Source: a virus
Virus record (IMG/VR): IMGVR_UViG_3300009826_000027
Reading direction: 5' to 3' (one strand)
DNA: 51,290 bases
The notes beneath the pieces were generated by a model. It saw only the letters and a program-made list of their open reading frames with translations, made no database searches and had not been told where the DNA came from. How positions within the stretch are numbered: the stretch's first letter is position 1; every line of letters begins with the position of its first letter. Positions 7,501 to 13,974 of the stretch are shown one piece after another. A program made the position numbers and the translations under genes.

Positions 7501-8446
7501 CTGGTACTAATCTCCCGCTCGGTGTTACGTCAATTAATCGCCGAATGACTCCCGATTTTGAATCGGTAATCCGAACAGGTTTATTTGTGCCCATAAAAAG
7601 AAAACAATTAGTACGGGCTGTATAAGCTGCCTTATACTTTTCATTCATTGTCATAAGTTCGTGGGCCACGATCGAATTTAACTTAGAGTTATCCTCAATC
7701 CTGGATAAGTCGCCATCATGCTGAATAGCGACCAAAGGATTATTACGAAATACTTCGGTTGAAAACGCATTTGACGAGCTTGTTAGCGCTTTCGCCTCAA
7801 ACATCGTATAATATCCTTCAAACAATTTCTCTAAAATATTAAGAAATGTCGATTTACCACTGCCCGCTTCACCGTATAATACCACAAATTTTTGAATGTT
7901 TTTTGCTTCGCCGGCTACGATTGCGCCCACGGCCCATTCTAACTTATTTAATTCGTCTGGTTCGTATAAAGTAGTCATTAATTCTTCATACGCCGGACAT
8001 GATCCTTCTTCTAGTGGATACGGTAATCGTCTACTCACATAATCGGTCTTTTTTACTTCCGTATTCACAAAGGTTAGATTATCATCTAGTGGTTGAAAAC
8101 TATCTGGCATCTGTCTAAGAAACGCCCGATAATCTATCCATGACCTCGAAGCAAAATCTTCCATCGCATCGATCAATACCGCCTCAGTATACGATTTTCG
8201 TCTTCTGTTCATATCGGCATCTATTAATCGCGCGACATCGAATTCATCGGTGGACCATAATCCGCGCTCTTCGTCCCATATGGCATAAAACGAATTACCG
8301 CGCACCATTATGTCTTTACTATACTTCACTTTAAAACTCGGACGTAATCTTACGGACGCTATCTCATCGAAGCCCTCATTATCCTTCTTTGTCTTGGTCT
8401 TTTCGATTATTTGATAAAAATCCACAAAATACCTCCTTTCTACCAT
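4544..8446 (-). CDS. Replicase fusion of 1300 aa: D5/P4-like SF3 helicase + archaeo-eukaryotic primase (AEP) + family-B DNA polymerase with 3'-5' exonuclease
   Basis: SF3 helicase: Walker A GEAGSGKS (about 7850-7873) and motif C FMGTN. AEP: IVIDFDL and SKSGTGIHLHY (about 6800-6910). Exonuclease motifs: Exo I FYDVEVF (about 6320), Exo II NCRRYDN, Exo III YCINDV. PolB: motif A DIASQHPTS (about 5600), motif B KIVLNSVYG, motif C IKTDS. C-terminal cluster: CAHGCPPGCIKDCGNC. Confidence 0.85.
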   Translation of the reverse strand: MVERRYFVDFYQIIEKTKTKKDNEGFDEIASVRLRPSFKVKYSKDIMVRGNSFYAIWDEERGLWSTDEFDVARLIDADMNRRRKSYTEAVLIDAMEDFASRSWIDYRAFLRQMPDSFQPLDDNLTFVNTEVKKTDYVSRRLPYPLEEGSCPAYEELMTTLYEPDELNKLEWAVGAIVAGEAKNIQKFVVLYGEAGSGKSTFLNILEKLFEGYYTMFEAKALTSSSNAFSTEVFRNNPLVAIQHDGDLSRIEDNSKLNSIVAHELMTMNEKYKAAYTARTNCFLFMGTNKPVRITDSKSGVIRRLIDVTPSGRLVPVKKYHILINQINFELGAIAWRCLQAYLRLGKNYYSGYRPLTMMYQTDTFFNFVEANYHTFKEQDGVALVQAYAMYKTYCEEALIEYRLPRHKFRDELKSYFEDFKERSRVDGREVRSYYIGFKMVKFVAEEMIEEKPLSLVIEQEESNFDKLFADCPAQYANDEGTPIARWDEVKTNLANINPRRLHYVKPPEDHIVIDFDLTDGDGNKSLMLNLEAASKWPVTYAEYSKSGTGIHLHYVYDGDTNRLSRVYSEGIEIKVFTGKASLRRKLTMCNNAPILTINSGLPLKGEKMINVDVVNDEKHLRALITKALKKEIHPGTKSNVDFMQKILDDAYNTGVRYDVTDLRPKILAFANNSSNQSETAIKIVNKMHFASEVISEPMESEFDELLFYDVEVFPNLLVVVWKTTDKPAVTMINPSSEDIGRLLQFKLVGFNCRRYDNHILYARYIGYDLAQIYDLSQKIVNGSKNCFFGEAYNLSYTDIYDFSSVKQGLKKWEIELGIHHQELGLPWDEPVPEEKWQLVADYCINDVVATEAVFYAREADFTARQILSDLSGLSVNDTTQNHIARFLFGTDPRPQEKFVYTDLSTLFPGYTHDRGKSIYRDIEVGEGGFVHAMPGMYTHVYEYDIASQHPTSLVELNLFGPYTEKFKKVLDGRIGIKHDDLELVATILDGVFAKYISDDTGMKKLAYALKIVLNSVYGYTKQNFDSKFTVPGNKDNIVAKRGALFMIELMHQVTERGGKVIHIKTDSIKIVNPTEELKQFIFEFGKKYGYTFEHEKTYSKFCLLNDAVYVGKEKNKWYAIGTQMIHPYVFKTLFKDGYVTGRGIPCFGPINFKDLCETKTVTTALYLDMNEDLPEGEHSYRLIGKVGSFCPIYPNHGGGILLREKDGKYNAATGSKGYRWLEEAMVKTLEKENSIDFGYFNALVDDAIAALKKFGDVEWFLAMEDDNVPPWCAHGCPPGCIKDCGNCKLIGSGEGLTLTV

Positions 8447-8454
8447 AGTTTCCT

Positions 8455-8740
8455 AAAATGCGTCAAAAAAGTGACGCAATGTCCCTGATGCGTCAAAAAT
8501 GTCAAATGCGTCAAAAGTCACTACGTTTTCAAAAGTTTTTACAAAGAAATTTCACAGAAGAAAACTTCTCTATATATTATATATTTTTACTTTTACTATA
8601 CTATAAAGAAAATAATGACATAATGACACAAATATCTCAAATACACTGGTAAATAGGGCTTTTTGCACGTCATTCACCCCAAATTATTTGACGTTTGCGT
8701 CAAAACCACTTGACACACTGCGTCATTTATTTGACGCGTC
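8455..8740. promoter_or_regulatory. Iteron cluster flanking an AT-rich core; candidate replication origin and/or operator-promoter of the replicase gene
   Basis: TGCGTCA occurs at 8459, 8489, 8507, 8696 and 8719. Inverted TGACGCA or variants occur at 8472, 8688 and 8731. There is a perfect inverted repeat tgcgtca-aaaaag-tgacgca at 8459-8478. The stretch of about 8521-8640 between the two clusters is AT-rich. Confidence 0.55.
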
Positions 8741-9290
8741 TGTCCAAACTAAAATTCTCCATAATCCAAGAATTCATCTGGTACCAGATTTCTACTCGTT
8801 TTTGGTCCCCGGCACCCTCTCCGTGAGGCACTTTGCGTCGTAATGGGAATAATCCACCGCCGCCATTTGCCTTATATTCTCTCGAAACAAGTTGATTTAT
8901 GGCGAAATCTATTAGATTATATCCGTCATATTCGATACTTTCGTTGTCACACCACTCTAATTCTAGGTTTTTAACCAATTCCCAGAACCATTCACCAATC
9001 GGTCTATCAAATGGACCGCCGTAAACCTCAAATTCAAGTCTTCTAGCGACTCCAATCATCATTTCTAGCACCGTACATGGAAAATCCGGCAAATGAGAAG
9101 CCCCATGTAGGGACCTCTCATTCATTAAATATTCGTCACGTAGGACTCGACCGTCCATAAGACGGTTATTATCCATTGGAAGAACTGAATAGAACTCTAT
9201 TTCATATAAACGATCGATCAAGAGACCATATTGTTCTTCTCTCCCGACGATCTTTTTTAGAAAGTCGAGATATCTATTCTTCTTTTTCAT
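8727..9290 (-). CDS. Hypothetical protein (187 aa)
   Basis: ORF with ATG preceded by AAAGGA. Its 3' end overlaps the iteron cluster. I recognise no motif. Confidence 0.6.
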   Translation of the reverse strand: MKKKNRYLDFLKKIVGREEQYGLLIDRLYEIEFYSVLPMDNNRLMDGRVLRDEYLMNERSLHGASHLPDFPCTVLEMMIGVARRLEFEVYGGPFDRPIGEWFWELVKNLELEWCDNESIEYDGYNLIDFAINQLVSREYKANGGGGLFPLRRKVPHGEGAGDQKRVEIWYQMNSWIMENFSLDRRVK

Positions 9291-10020
9291 TTAATGTCCT
9301 TTCTTTATAAGCTTCACTAGGTGACATCGAGGGTCGTACAATTGCATCGATATATGAACCCGTCAATCCGGCGATTTCATAATCTTTTTCCAAGCCATCA
9401 TCCCTCACCCATATATAACTCATGCCCTCGGTGAGTAACCGGATAGCATCCTCACCGATAATCTTTAAGCTATTATCGGTGATATTTTCGTCTCCTTCGG
9501 TGGCTAATATACCATCAGTTTGATAGTAATATAGCGACACCTTTTCATATTCACCGGAGTCGTCTTGCCAGTCATCGATGTCGATTAAATATGGTACGTG
9601 AGCCGATCCGTCCGTACCAGCGCTTAGTTTACAATCACAATCGAATCCCCCACAAAATGCACAGGCGATATCGCCCGCGACCATCTCTTGTCGTGTATGG
9701 ACGGTCTGTAAATTTTGTATTTTAGCCGACTGCAACAAAGCATCTTTAGCCGCGTTAGCATACTGCGTATAATCTACGATATGCTTTTTTCCCTCATCGG
9801 GCGAAACCGGAACAATGGAACTCTTTGATGTTTTCCGCTCAGTAAACTTCTCGTTTACCGCATCTACATCTTCCGCTGTATCGTGTATAAAATCATTTAT
9901 CTCTTCAAATGCCTGCTCAAGTTCCTCCTCGAGCACCCTGATGGCGTTGTTATATACATGTCTGGCTATTAGATATCCGATGCCAGCTCCGCCACCGACT
10001 AATAATATTTCTTTTAACAT
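9274..10020 (-). CDS. Hypothetical protein with N-terminal hydrophobic/Gly-rich segment (248 aa)
   Basis: ORF with GGAG ribosome-binding site. N-terminus is ILLVGGGAGIGYLIA; an internal CAFCGGFDCDC cluster is present. Confidence 0.6.
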   Translation of the reverse strand: MLKEILLVGGGAGIGYLIARHVYNNAIRVLEEELEQAFEEINDFIHDTAEDVDAVNEKFTERKTSKSSIVPVSPDEGKKHIVDYTQYANAAKDALLQSAKIQNLQTVHTRQEMVAGDIACAFCGGFDCDCKLSAGTDGSAHVPYLIDIDDWQDDSGEYEKVSLYYYQTDGILATEGDENITDNSLKIIGEDAIRLLTEGMSYIWVRDDGLEKDYEIAGLTGSYIDAIVRPSMSPSEAYKERTLNEKEE

Positions 10021-10037
10021 TGGTGAGATCTCCTTGT

Positions 10038-10130
10038 TTAATTAAAATGTCCGCATTTTGGACAGATAAAACTCATAGTATCTGTGAGTTCAGCATCGCA
10101 TTTTACACATGTTATTAAAAAAAACTTCAT
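10038..10130 (-). CDS. 30-aa zinc-ribbon mini-protein (not in the supplied ORF track)
   Basis: My translation gives MKFFLITCVKCDAELTDTMSFICPKCGHFN*, with a CxxC...CxxC pattern. The ATG follows a G-run. Confidence 0.4.
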   Translation of the reverse strand: MKFFLITCVKCDAELTDTMSFICPKCGHFN

Positions 10131-10133
10131 TTG

Positions 10134-10143
10134 CCCCCCCCCC
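10134..10143. repeat. Homopolymer C10 (G10 on the coding strand)
   Basis: Ten consecutive C bases between the stop of 10144..10506 and the start of the 30-aa ORF. Confidence 0.9.
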
Positions 10144-10506
10144 TTAATCCTCCGTTAATATCTCTATCAGTACACCATGCTCTGTGATATGAGGAAACAT
10201 ACAATGACCGGGATCTATTTTAAATAGATATAAGTCAATTGGTCGAATCATCTTAAATAATTCGACAATTTTTTGCCCGTCTATTGTATAAAAAATATTA
10301 TCGGATTCTTTATAAAAGATTTGAGACAAAGAGTTATAATGTCCCTTCATAATCATTTCACGATCCAATAATATCACCTCGGTTCCCAGATCACCACAAA
10401 GCGGACATGCCTTATGGTGAGTGTTTTGCCTCTTCATGTGACGATAACTTCTGCCGTTGTCTGTACGAGCGAAGCAATCATCACACAACTTAGCAAATCC
10501 CATCAT
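10144..10506 (-). CDS. Cys-rich (zinc-finger-like) small protein
   Basis: Contains MMGFAKLCDDCF...CPLCGD. ATG 10506 is preferred over the TTG at 10518 used by the track. Confidence 0.55.
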   Translation of the reverse strand: MMGFAKLCDDCFARTDNGRSYRHMKRQNTHHKACPLCGDLGTEVILLDREMIMKGHYNSLSQIFYKESDNIFYTIDGQKIVELFKMIRPIDLYLFKIDPGHCMFPHITEHGVLIEILTED

Positions 10507-10669
10507 CGTTATTTCCAAAAGAAGCCTCCATAATAGAGCATCTTTCGGTCGCCATCTCGACGATTTCTTCCTTTTTGAGGCCGTGACGATATTGATAGTC
10601 GTGTTCTTCGCCGTGCTCCTCGACTACGCGTTGGCGATATTCTGACAGTCTTGACACCGCAGTTTCCAT
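10490..10669 (-). CDS. 59-aa protein that duplicates an internal 29-aa segment of the 299-aa membrane protein (not in the track, which cuts off at 60 aa)
   Basis: Sequence is METAVSRLSEYRQRVVEEHGEEHDYQYRHGLKKEEIVEMATERCSIMEASFGNNDDGIC*. GGAGA lies 6 nt upstream of the ATG. The ORF reads the 89-bp repeat in the same frame as 10758..11657. Confidence 0.45.
   Translation of the reverse strand: METAVSRLSEYRQRVVEEHGEEHDYQYRHGLKKEEIVEMATERCSIMEASFGNNDDGIC
10552..10640. repeat. 89-bp perfect direct repeat, copy 1
   Basis: ccatctcgacgatttcttcctttttgaggccgtgacg...cgcgttggcgatat is identical to 11171..11259. Confidence 0.95.
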
Positions 10670-10757
10670 GAAAGTTCTCCATTATCAATAGTATAGGTCC
10701 GGATAATCGTAGATGTCGCGGCACTTGAGACCGGACCCCATAAACTCAAGTCCGCTA

Positions 10758-11657
10758 TCATATCTGATCGTAAATCAAGCCGTCCACATTGAAATCGAGA
10801 AGCAATCTATTAATATGACCATTTACAAACTCTCGGTTTTTGATCGCTAATCCGTTAAAAATTCCGAAGTCAATATGGCCATCGCCTTCTCCATCGTGTG
10901 TCCACCCAACAACGGAGGCTTCCGATGAACGCGGAATCCCCAGTAAATCGTATACATCGTTTAGGAATACATGCCCTCGGGCAATGAGAAGATTATTCGC
11001 ATACTTCTGCTGTGCCAAAAGAAACATGTGATTATATTCCTGGTTCGACGACCATTGAGAACAAGTCTCGTCGAACCATCGAGCATAGATCGATGGTTGA
11101 TCGAAGTCGTCGGTAACTGGCGTATAAACTTCTTTTTTAACCGCCTTTTCTTTACCTTTTTCGTCGGCTACCATCTCGACGATTTCTTCCTTTTTGAGGC
11201 CGTGACGATATTGATAGTCGTGTTCTTCGCCGTGCTCCTCGACTACGCGTTGGCGATATGCAGTAAACCCCCGTTCAAGGGCCTTGTATGCCGCCGCCAT
11301 AGCAACATTGCGACCATGCATTATCTTGTATCCATTTCCTATGAGGAAAATGGATAATGCGGCCAAACTCACAGACGGACCATAGAGCTTGGCTAATTCT
11401 ATGCCAAAAGTAAAATACTGCTTTGTGAGTGCTTTTTGGCGCTCTTTCTCGTCATGGAATTTGGTATCTGAGACGGCCAACAATCGATCTTGATGTTCGT
11501 CAACTACGTCATCAAGTTTTCTTGTGGCGATAGCCGCGGTTACTCCGGCGCCAAGTAATCCAGCCGTGCCCGCCACGACTGCTATCGTAGGGGCATGTTT
11601 TTGCAGGACGAGTCCTGTGCGACCTAGGGTTGATAAAATATTAGTAATTACTTGCAT
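10758..11657 (-). CDS. Membrane protein (2 predicted TM segments); paralogue of 16665..17387 (DUF6353-like by recollection)
   Basis: Hydrophobic segments are PTIAVVAGTAGLLGAGVTAAIA and GPSVSLAALSIFLIGNG. The C-terminal module is LNDVYDLLGIPRSSEASVVGW...IDF. Confidence 0.6.
   Translation of the reverse strand: MQVITNILSTLGRTGLVLQKHAPTIAVVAGTAGLLGAGVTAAIATRKLDDVVDEHQDRLLAVSDTKFHDEKERQKALTKQYFTFGIELAKLYGPSVSLAALSIFLIGNGYKIMHGRNVAMAAAYKALERGFTAYRQRVVEEHGEEHDYQYRHGLKKEEIVEMVADEKGKEKAVKKEVYTPVTDDFDQPSIYARWFDETCSQWSSNQEYNHMFLLAQQKYANNLLIARGHVFLNDVYDLLGIPRSSEASVVGWTHDGEGDGHIDFGIFNGLAIKNREFVNGHINRLLLDFNVDGLIYDQI
11171..11259. repeat. 89-bp perfect direct repeat, copy 2 (inside CDS 10758..11657)
   Basis: Identical to 10552..10640. 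Encodes YRQRVVEEHGEEHDYQYRHGLKKEEIVEM. Confidence 0.95.
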
Positions 11658-11866
11658 TCTAATCTCTCCTTATGTATCTGATTTATATGTCTTGTCAGCT
11701 CGGGTAAAAGTTGTCTTTCTGTACACACTAGACATAGCTCTAGGCGCGATACTACACATGGGAACTCGCCATATGTAATTGGTATTAAATTATGCACTCG
11801 CGACCCGCATGCCGCACATGTCCGAGGATGTAAGTATGTACTCGGATAACCGACTTCAATTCCCAT
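11648..11866 (-). CDS. Cys-rich small protein (72 aa)
   Basis: ORF containing CAACGS...CLVC. Confidence 0.5.
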   Translation of the reverse strand: MGIEVGYPSTYLHPRTCAACGSRVHNLIPITYGEFPCVVSRLELCLVCTERQLLPELTRHINQIHKERLECK

Positions 11867-12020
11867 CTTCTTTTTTAATCCTACCTTCCTTTACAATGTT
11901 ATGGCGCGCATCATGATGTATAATATCTTTTTCGGCGCAATCGCATGATTCGTCGAAATCGAGATTCGATCCGCAGAACGCGCATGTACGATATGGTTTT
12001 CTTGACGGATAAATATACAT
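11856..12020 (-). CDS. Cys-rich small protein (54 aa from ATG 12020; the track ORF extends to 12077)
   Basis: Contains MYIYPSRKPYRTCAFCGSNLDFDESCDC. The internal ATG avoids a 52-nt overlap with the upstream gene. Confidence 0.45.
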   Translation of the reverse strand: MYIYPSRKPYRTCAFCGSNLDFDESCDCAEKDIIHHDARHNIVKEGRIKKEDGN

Positions 12021-12025
12021 AATAA

Positions 12026-12223
12026 CTATTCCCCGTTCTTGTCCATGATCGCCAGCGTCATAATACCGGTAAAACATGACGAGCAGAAAACTATACCTGA
12101 CGATTTGTCATTGACATGACCGACGATACAATTACTGGTATCAGATTCGCAGAGACTACACCTATATCGTTTTGTATCGTTTTTTAGAAACTCTAACCAT
12201 ATAGCATTTTGTTTATTACTCAT
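12026..12223 (-). CDS. Cys-rich small protein (65 aa)
   Basis: Contains MSNKQNAIW...CSLCESD...CSSC. GGAGGAG lies 6 nt upstream of ATG 12223. Confidence 0.5.
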   Translation of the reverse strand: MSNKQNAIWLEFLKNDTKRYRCSLCESDTSNCIVGHVNDKSSGIVFCSSCFTGIMTLAIMDKNGE

Positions 12224-12890
12224 TGCTTTCTCCTCCATTTCGTTGAGAAAAATCTCGCTTTATTTTTTCCAGACGGACGGATCGGCTTAGGAAGCAATCT
12301 GCACATAGATGAGCGCCTCTTTGTGATATAACCCATCCATCCCACGAGATACACCTCATATAATCGTCTAGATTTATTCTTTTACTGCATTTTACGCACG
12401 TCGCTCTAAAATCCCAGGATATCTTTTTGATGCGGTCACCGCGATCGTGTAACATACAAGAAAAAACCGCTTGCTGCTCCGCGTTCATCTTATCCCATGC
12501 AGCACGTGCACAAATACTATACTTACAAATACCATCTAAATCGCATTGAGCACACGGACAAATTGTCTCCGGCCAGTCGACAAGCTCGATATCGTCAAGT
12601 AGATCATCTACCAGGCGACTAATTTTTATAGGTATGTTAAAGCTATCGACCAACGCAGCTATGTCAAAGCTGTCGACTAACACATTATCGTCTTTAGTCG
12701 CATATATCACTTCGATAAGGGCCTCTAAGTTTTTATTATCCGATAGGATATCCGGACTCAATACTGATGTATGGATGTTATGGGTAATCCATTCGGCACA
12801 ATGGTGAAGCGTCGCCGCCATCGAACGTCGATTTCGCTCTCTCTCAAAATCGTTTTTTGGCGGATCGTATAGTTTGTATATTTGTATCAT
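12216..12890 (-). CDS. Cys-rich hypothetical protein (224 aa)
   Basis: ORF with several CxxC-type pairs (CPCAQCDLDGICKYSIC, CVKCSK, CADC). Confidence 0.6.
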   Translation of the reverse strand: MIQIYKLYDPPKNDFERERNRRSMAATLHHCAEWITHNIHTSVLSPDILSDNKNLEALIEVIYATKDDNVLVDSFDIAALVDSFNIPIKISRLVDDLLDDIELVDWPETICPCAQCDLDGICKYSICARAAWDKMNAEQQAVFSCMLHDRGDRIKKISWDFRATCVKCSKRINLDDYMRCISWDGWVISQRGAHLCADCFLSRSVRLEKIKRDFSQRNGGESNE

Positions 12891-12903
12891 GGTTTATTTC
12901 CTT

Positions 12904-13569
12904 TTAATCTATTATTATAGGTTTCGGGAGGGATACTATATATCCCCCACGAACTCTTGATACGCTTGCTGAGCGTAGATCATCCCATCCATATTTATAG
13001 TCCGACGAAGTCCCAGAGATGCCGAGTAAATCATAAAAGTCGGCGATCGTGACTTGGTCGTATTCTCTAATGAGATCTGTGAGATGGGATAAGACGTCCT
13101 CAGCTTCTCTCCGGGATTCAAGGACAATCTCGTCAAATCGATGTCGCGATCGTCCCTCTCGGGAGATATCACGACTTCTGTTAGAATCCCGTTTATCATC
13201 ACGGGAACGATGCATGGAGTCATAACTTACATATCCTCCTCCAGAATTACGCGAACGACTTCGCGGCGCGCGACCGCCAAATAGAAACATTTCTGCTCCT
13301 CCGCCGATAATCGCGAATAATAAATTTTTTATCTCGGGAATGATGACCTCTGTGAGAATATAGCTCCCCACCGTTTCGCCATCACTCTCGAGAAATGCAT
13401 CCGCCGCCTTCTGTCCAAAGCCAACTTTTCGTCTACTGACTTTACCCTGGACGATTTTTTGTACGGCTCTTGGTTCGACGGATACTTCATCCGTCTCTCG
13501 CTTAGACTTTTTACTATTAGACGGATACTGCGCTGCCAAAGGGTTGTTATTCGTTCGGTTTTTACTCAC
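12904..13569 (-). CDS. Hypothetical protein with an Arg/Ser-rich disordered centre and a C-terminal YDLLG..GW module
   Basis: GTG start preceded by GGAGG 7 nt upstream. The C-terminus reads IADFYDLLGISGTSSDYKYGW, similar to the modules in 10758..11657 and 16665..17387. Confidence 0.6.
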   Translation of the reverse strand: MSKNRTNNNPLAAQYPSNSKKSKRETDEVSVEPRAVQKIVQGKVSRRKVGFGQKAADAFLESDGETVGSYILTEVIIPEIKNLLFAIIGGGAEMFLFGGRAPRSRSRNSGGGYVSYDSMHRSRDDKRDSNRSRDISREGRSRHRFDEIVLESRREAEDVLSHLTDLIREYDQVTIADFYDLLGISGTSSDYKYGWDDLRSASVSRVRGGYIVSLPKPIIID

Positions 13570-13575
13570 ACGTTT

Positions 13576-13665
13576 TTACCTCCGTGTCACATGTCTAATA
13601 AATAAATATATAAGCCATAACCCACCGGTGATTATGGTCATGAATATATGTCCTAACATCTTCAC
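13576..13665 (-). CDS. Possible 29-aa single-TM peptide
   Basis: My translation gives (V)KMLGHIFMTIITGGLWLIYLFIRHVTRR*. AAAGGAGGG lies upstream. It is very short, so the call is tentative. Confidence 0.25.
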   Translation of the reverse strand: MKMLGHIFMTIITGGLWLIYLFIRHVTRR

Positions 13666-13772
13666 TATGGAGCCCTCCTTTCTCGCTCTCGATGATGGGC
13701 AAGTTCGGTTCGCAAATATCCAATATAGGCGCCTATAACTAGCGCCATTATGATCCCTAAATGTTTATTCAT
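13665..13772 (-). CDS. Possible 35-aa single-TM peptide
   Basis: My translation gives MNKHLGIIMALVIGAYIGYLRTELAHHRERERRAP*. AAGGAAGG lies upstream. Tentative. Confidence 0.25.
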   Translation of the reverse strand: MNKHLGIIMALVIGAYIGYLRTELAHHRERERRAP

Positions 13773-13788
13773 TAGATGACCTTCCTTT

Positions 13789-13974
13789 CTAGTACCGACG
13801 AGCGATTCCTTTATCCTCATCGATTTTTATCACGACATTTTCAGCTGTGATATCCATGCGAATTAGATGGTCCGCTCCGGGTATACTAACGTCGAAATTT
13901 AATTTCGGCACTACCACCTCTGCCTTTTTGTTTACTAGCAGAGACAAAAATATTTCTGATATGATCTTTTTCAT
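13789..13974 (-). CDS. Hypothetical small protein (61 aa)
   Basis: ORF with a TAATG overlap to the upstream gene. Confidence 0.45.
   Translation of the reverse strand: MKKIISEIFLSLLVNKKAEVVVPKLNFDVSIPGADHLIRMDITAENVVIKIDEDKGIARRY

Noticed and set aside
10509-10724. Track ORF of 71 aa (MPRHLRLSGP...)
   Set aside because: It reads the 89-bp repeat out of frame and gives an Arg-rich, nonsense-like peptide with no ribosome-binding site. The 59-aa ORF 10490..10669 reads the repeat in the same frame as the paralogous CDS and has a GGAGA site.
12936-13223. Nested 95-aa ORF inside 12904..13569
   Set aside because: It is an alternative frame entirely within a longer gene that has a proper ribosome-binding site and GTG start.
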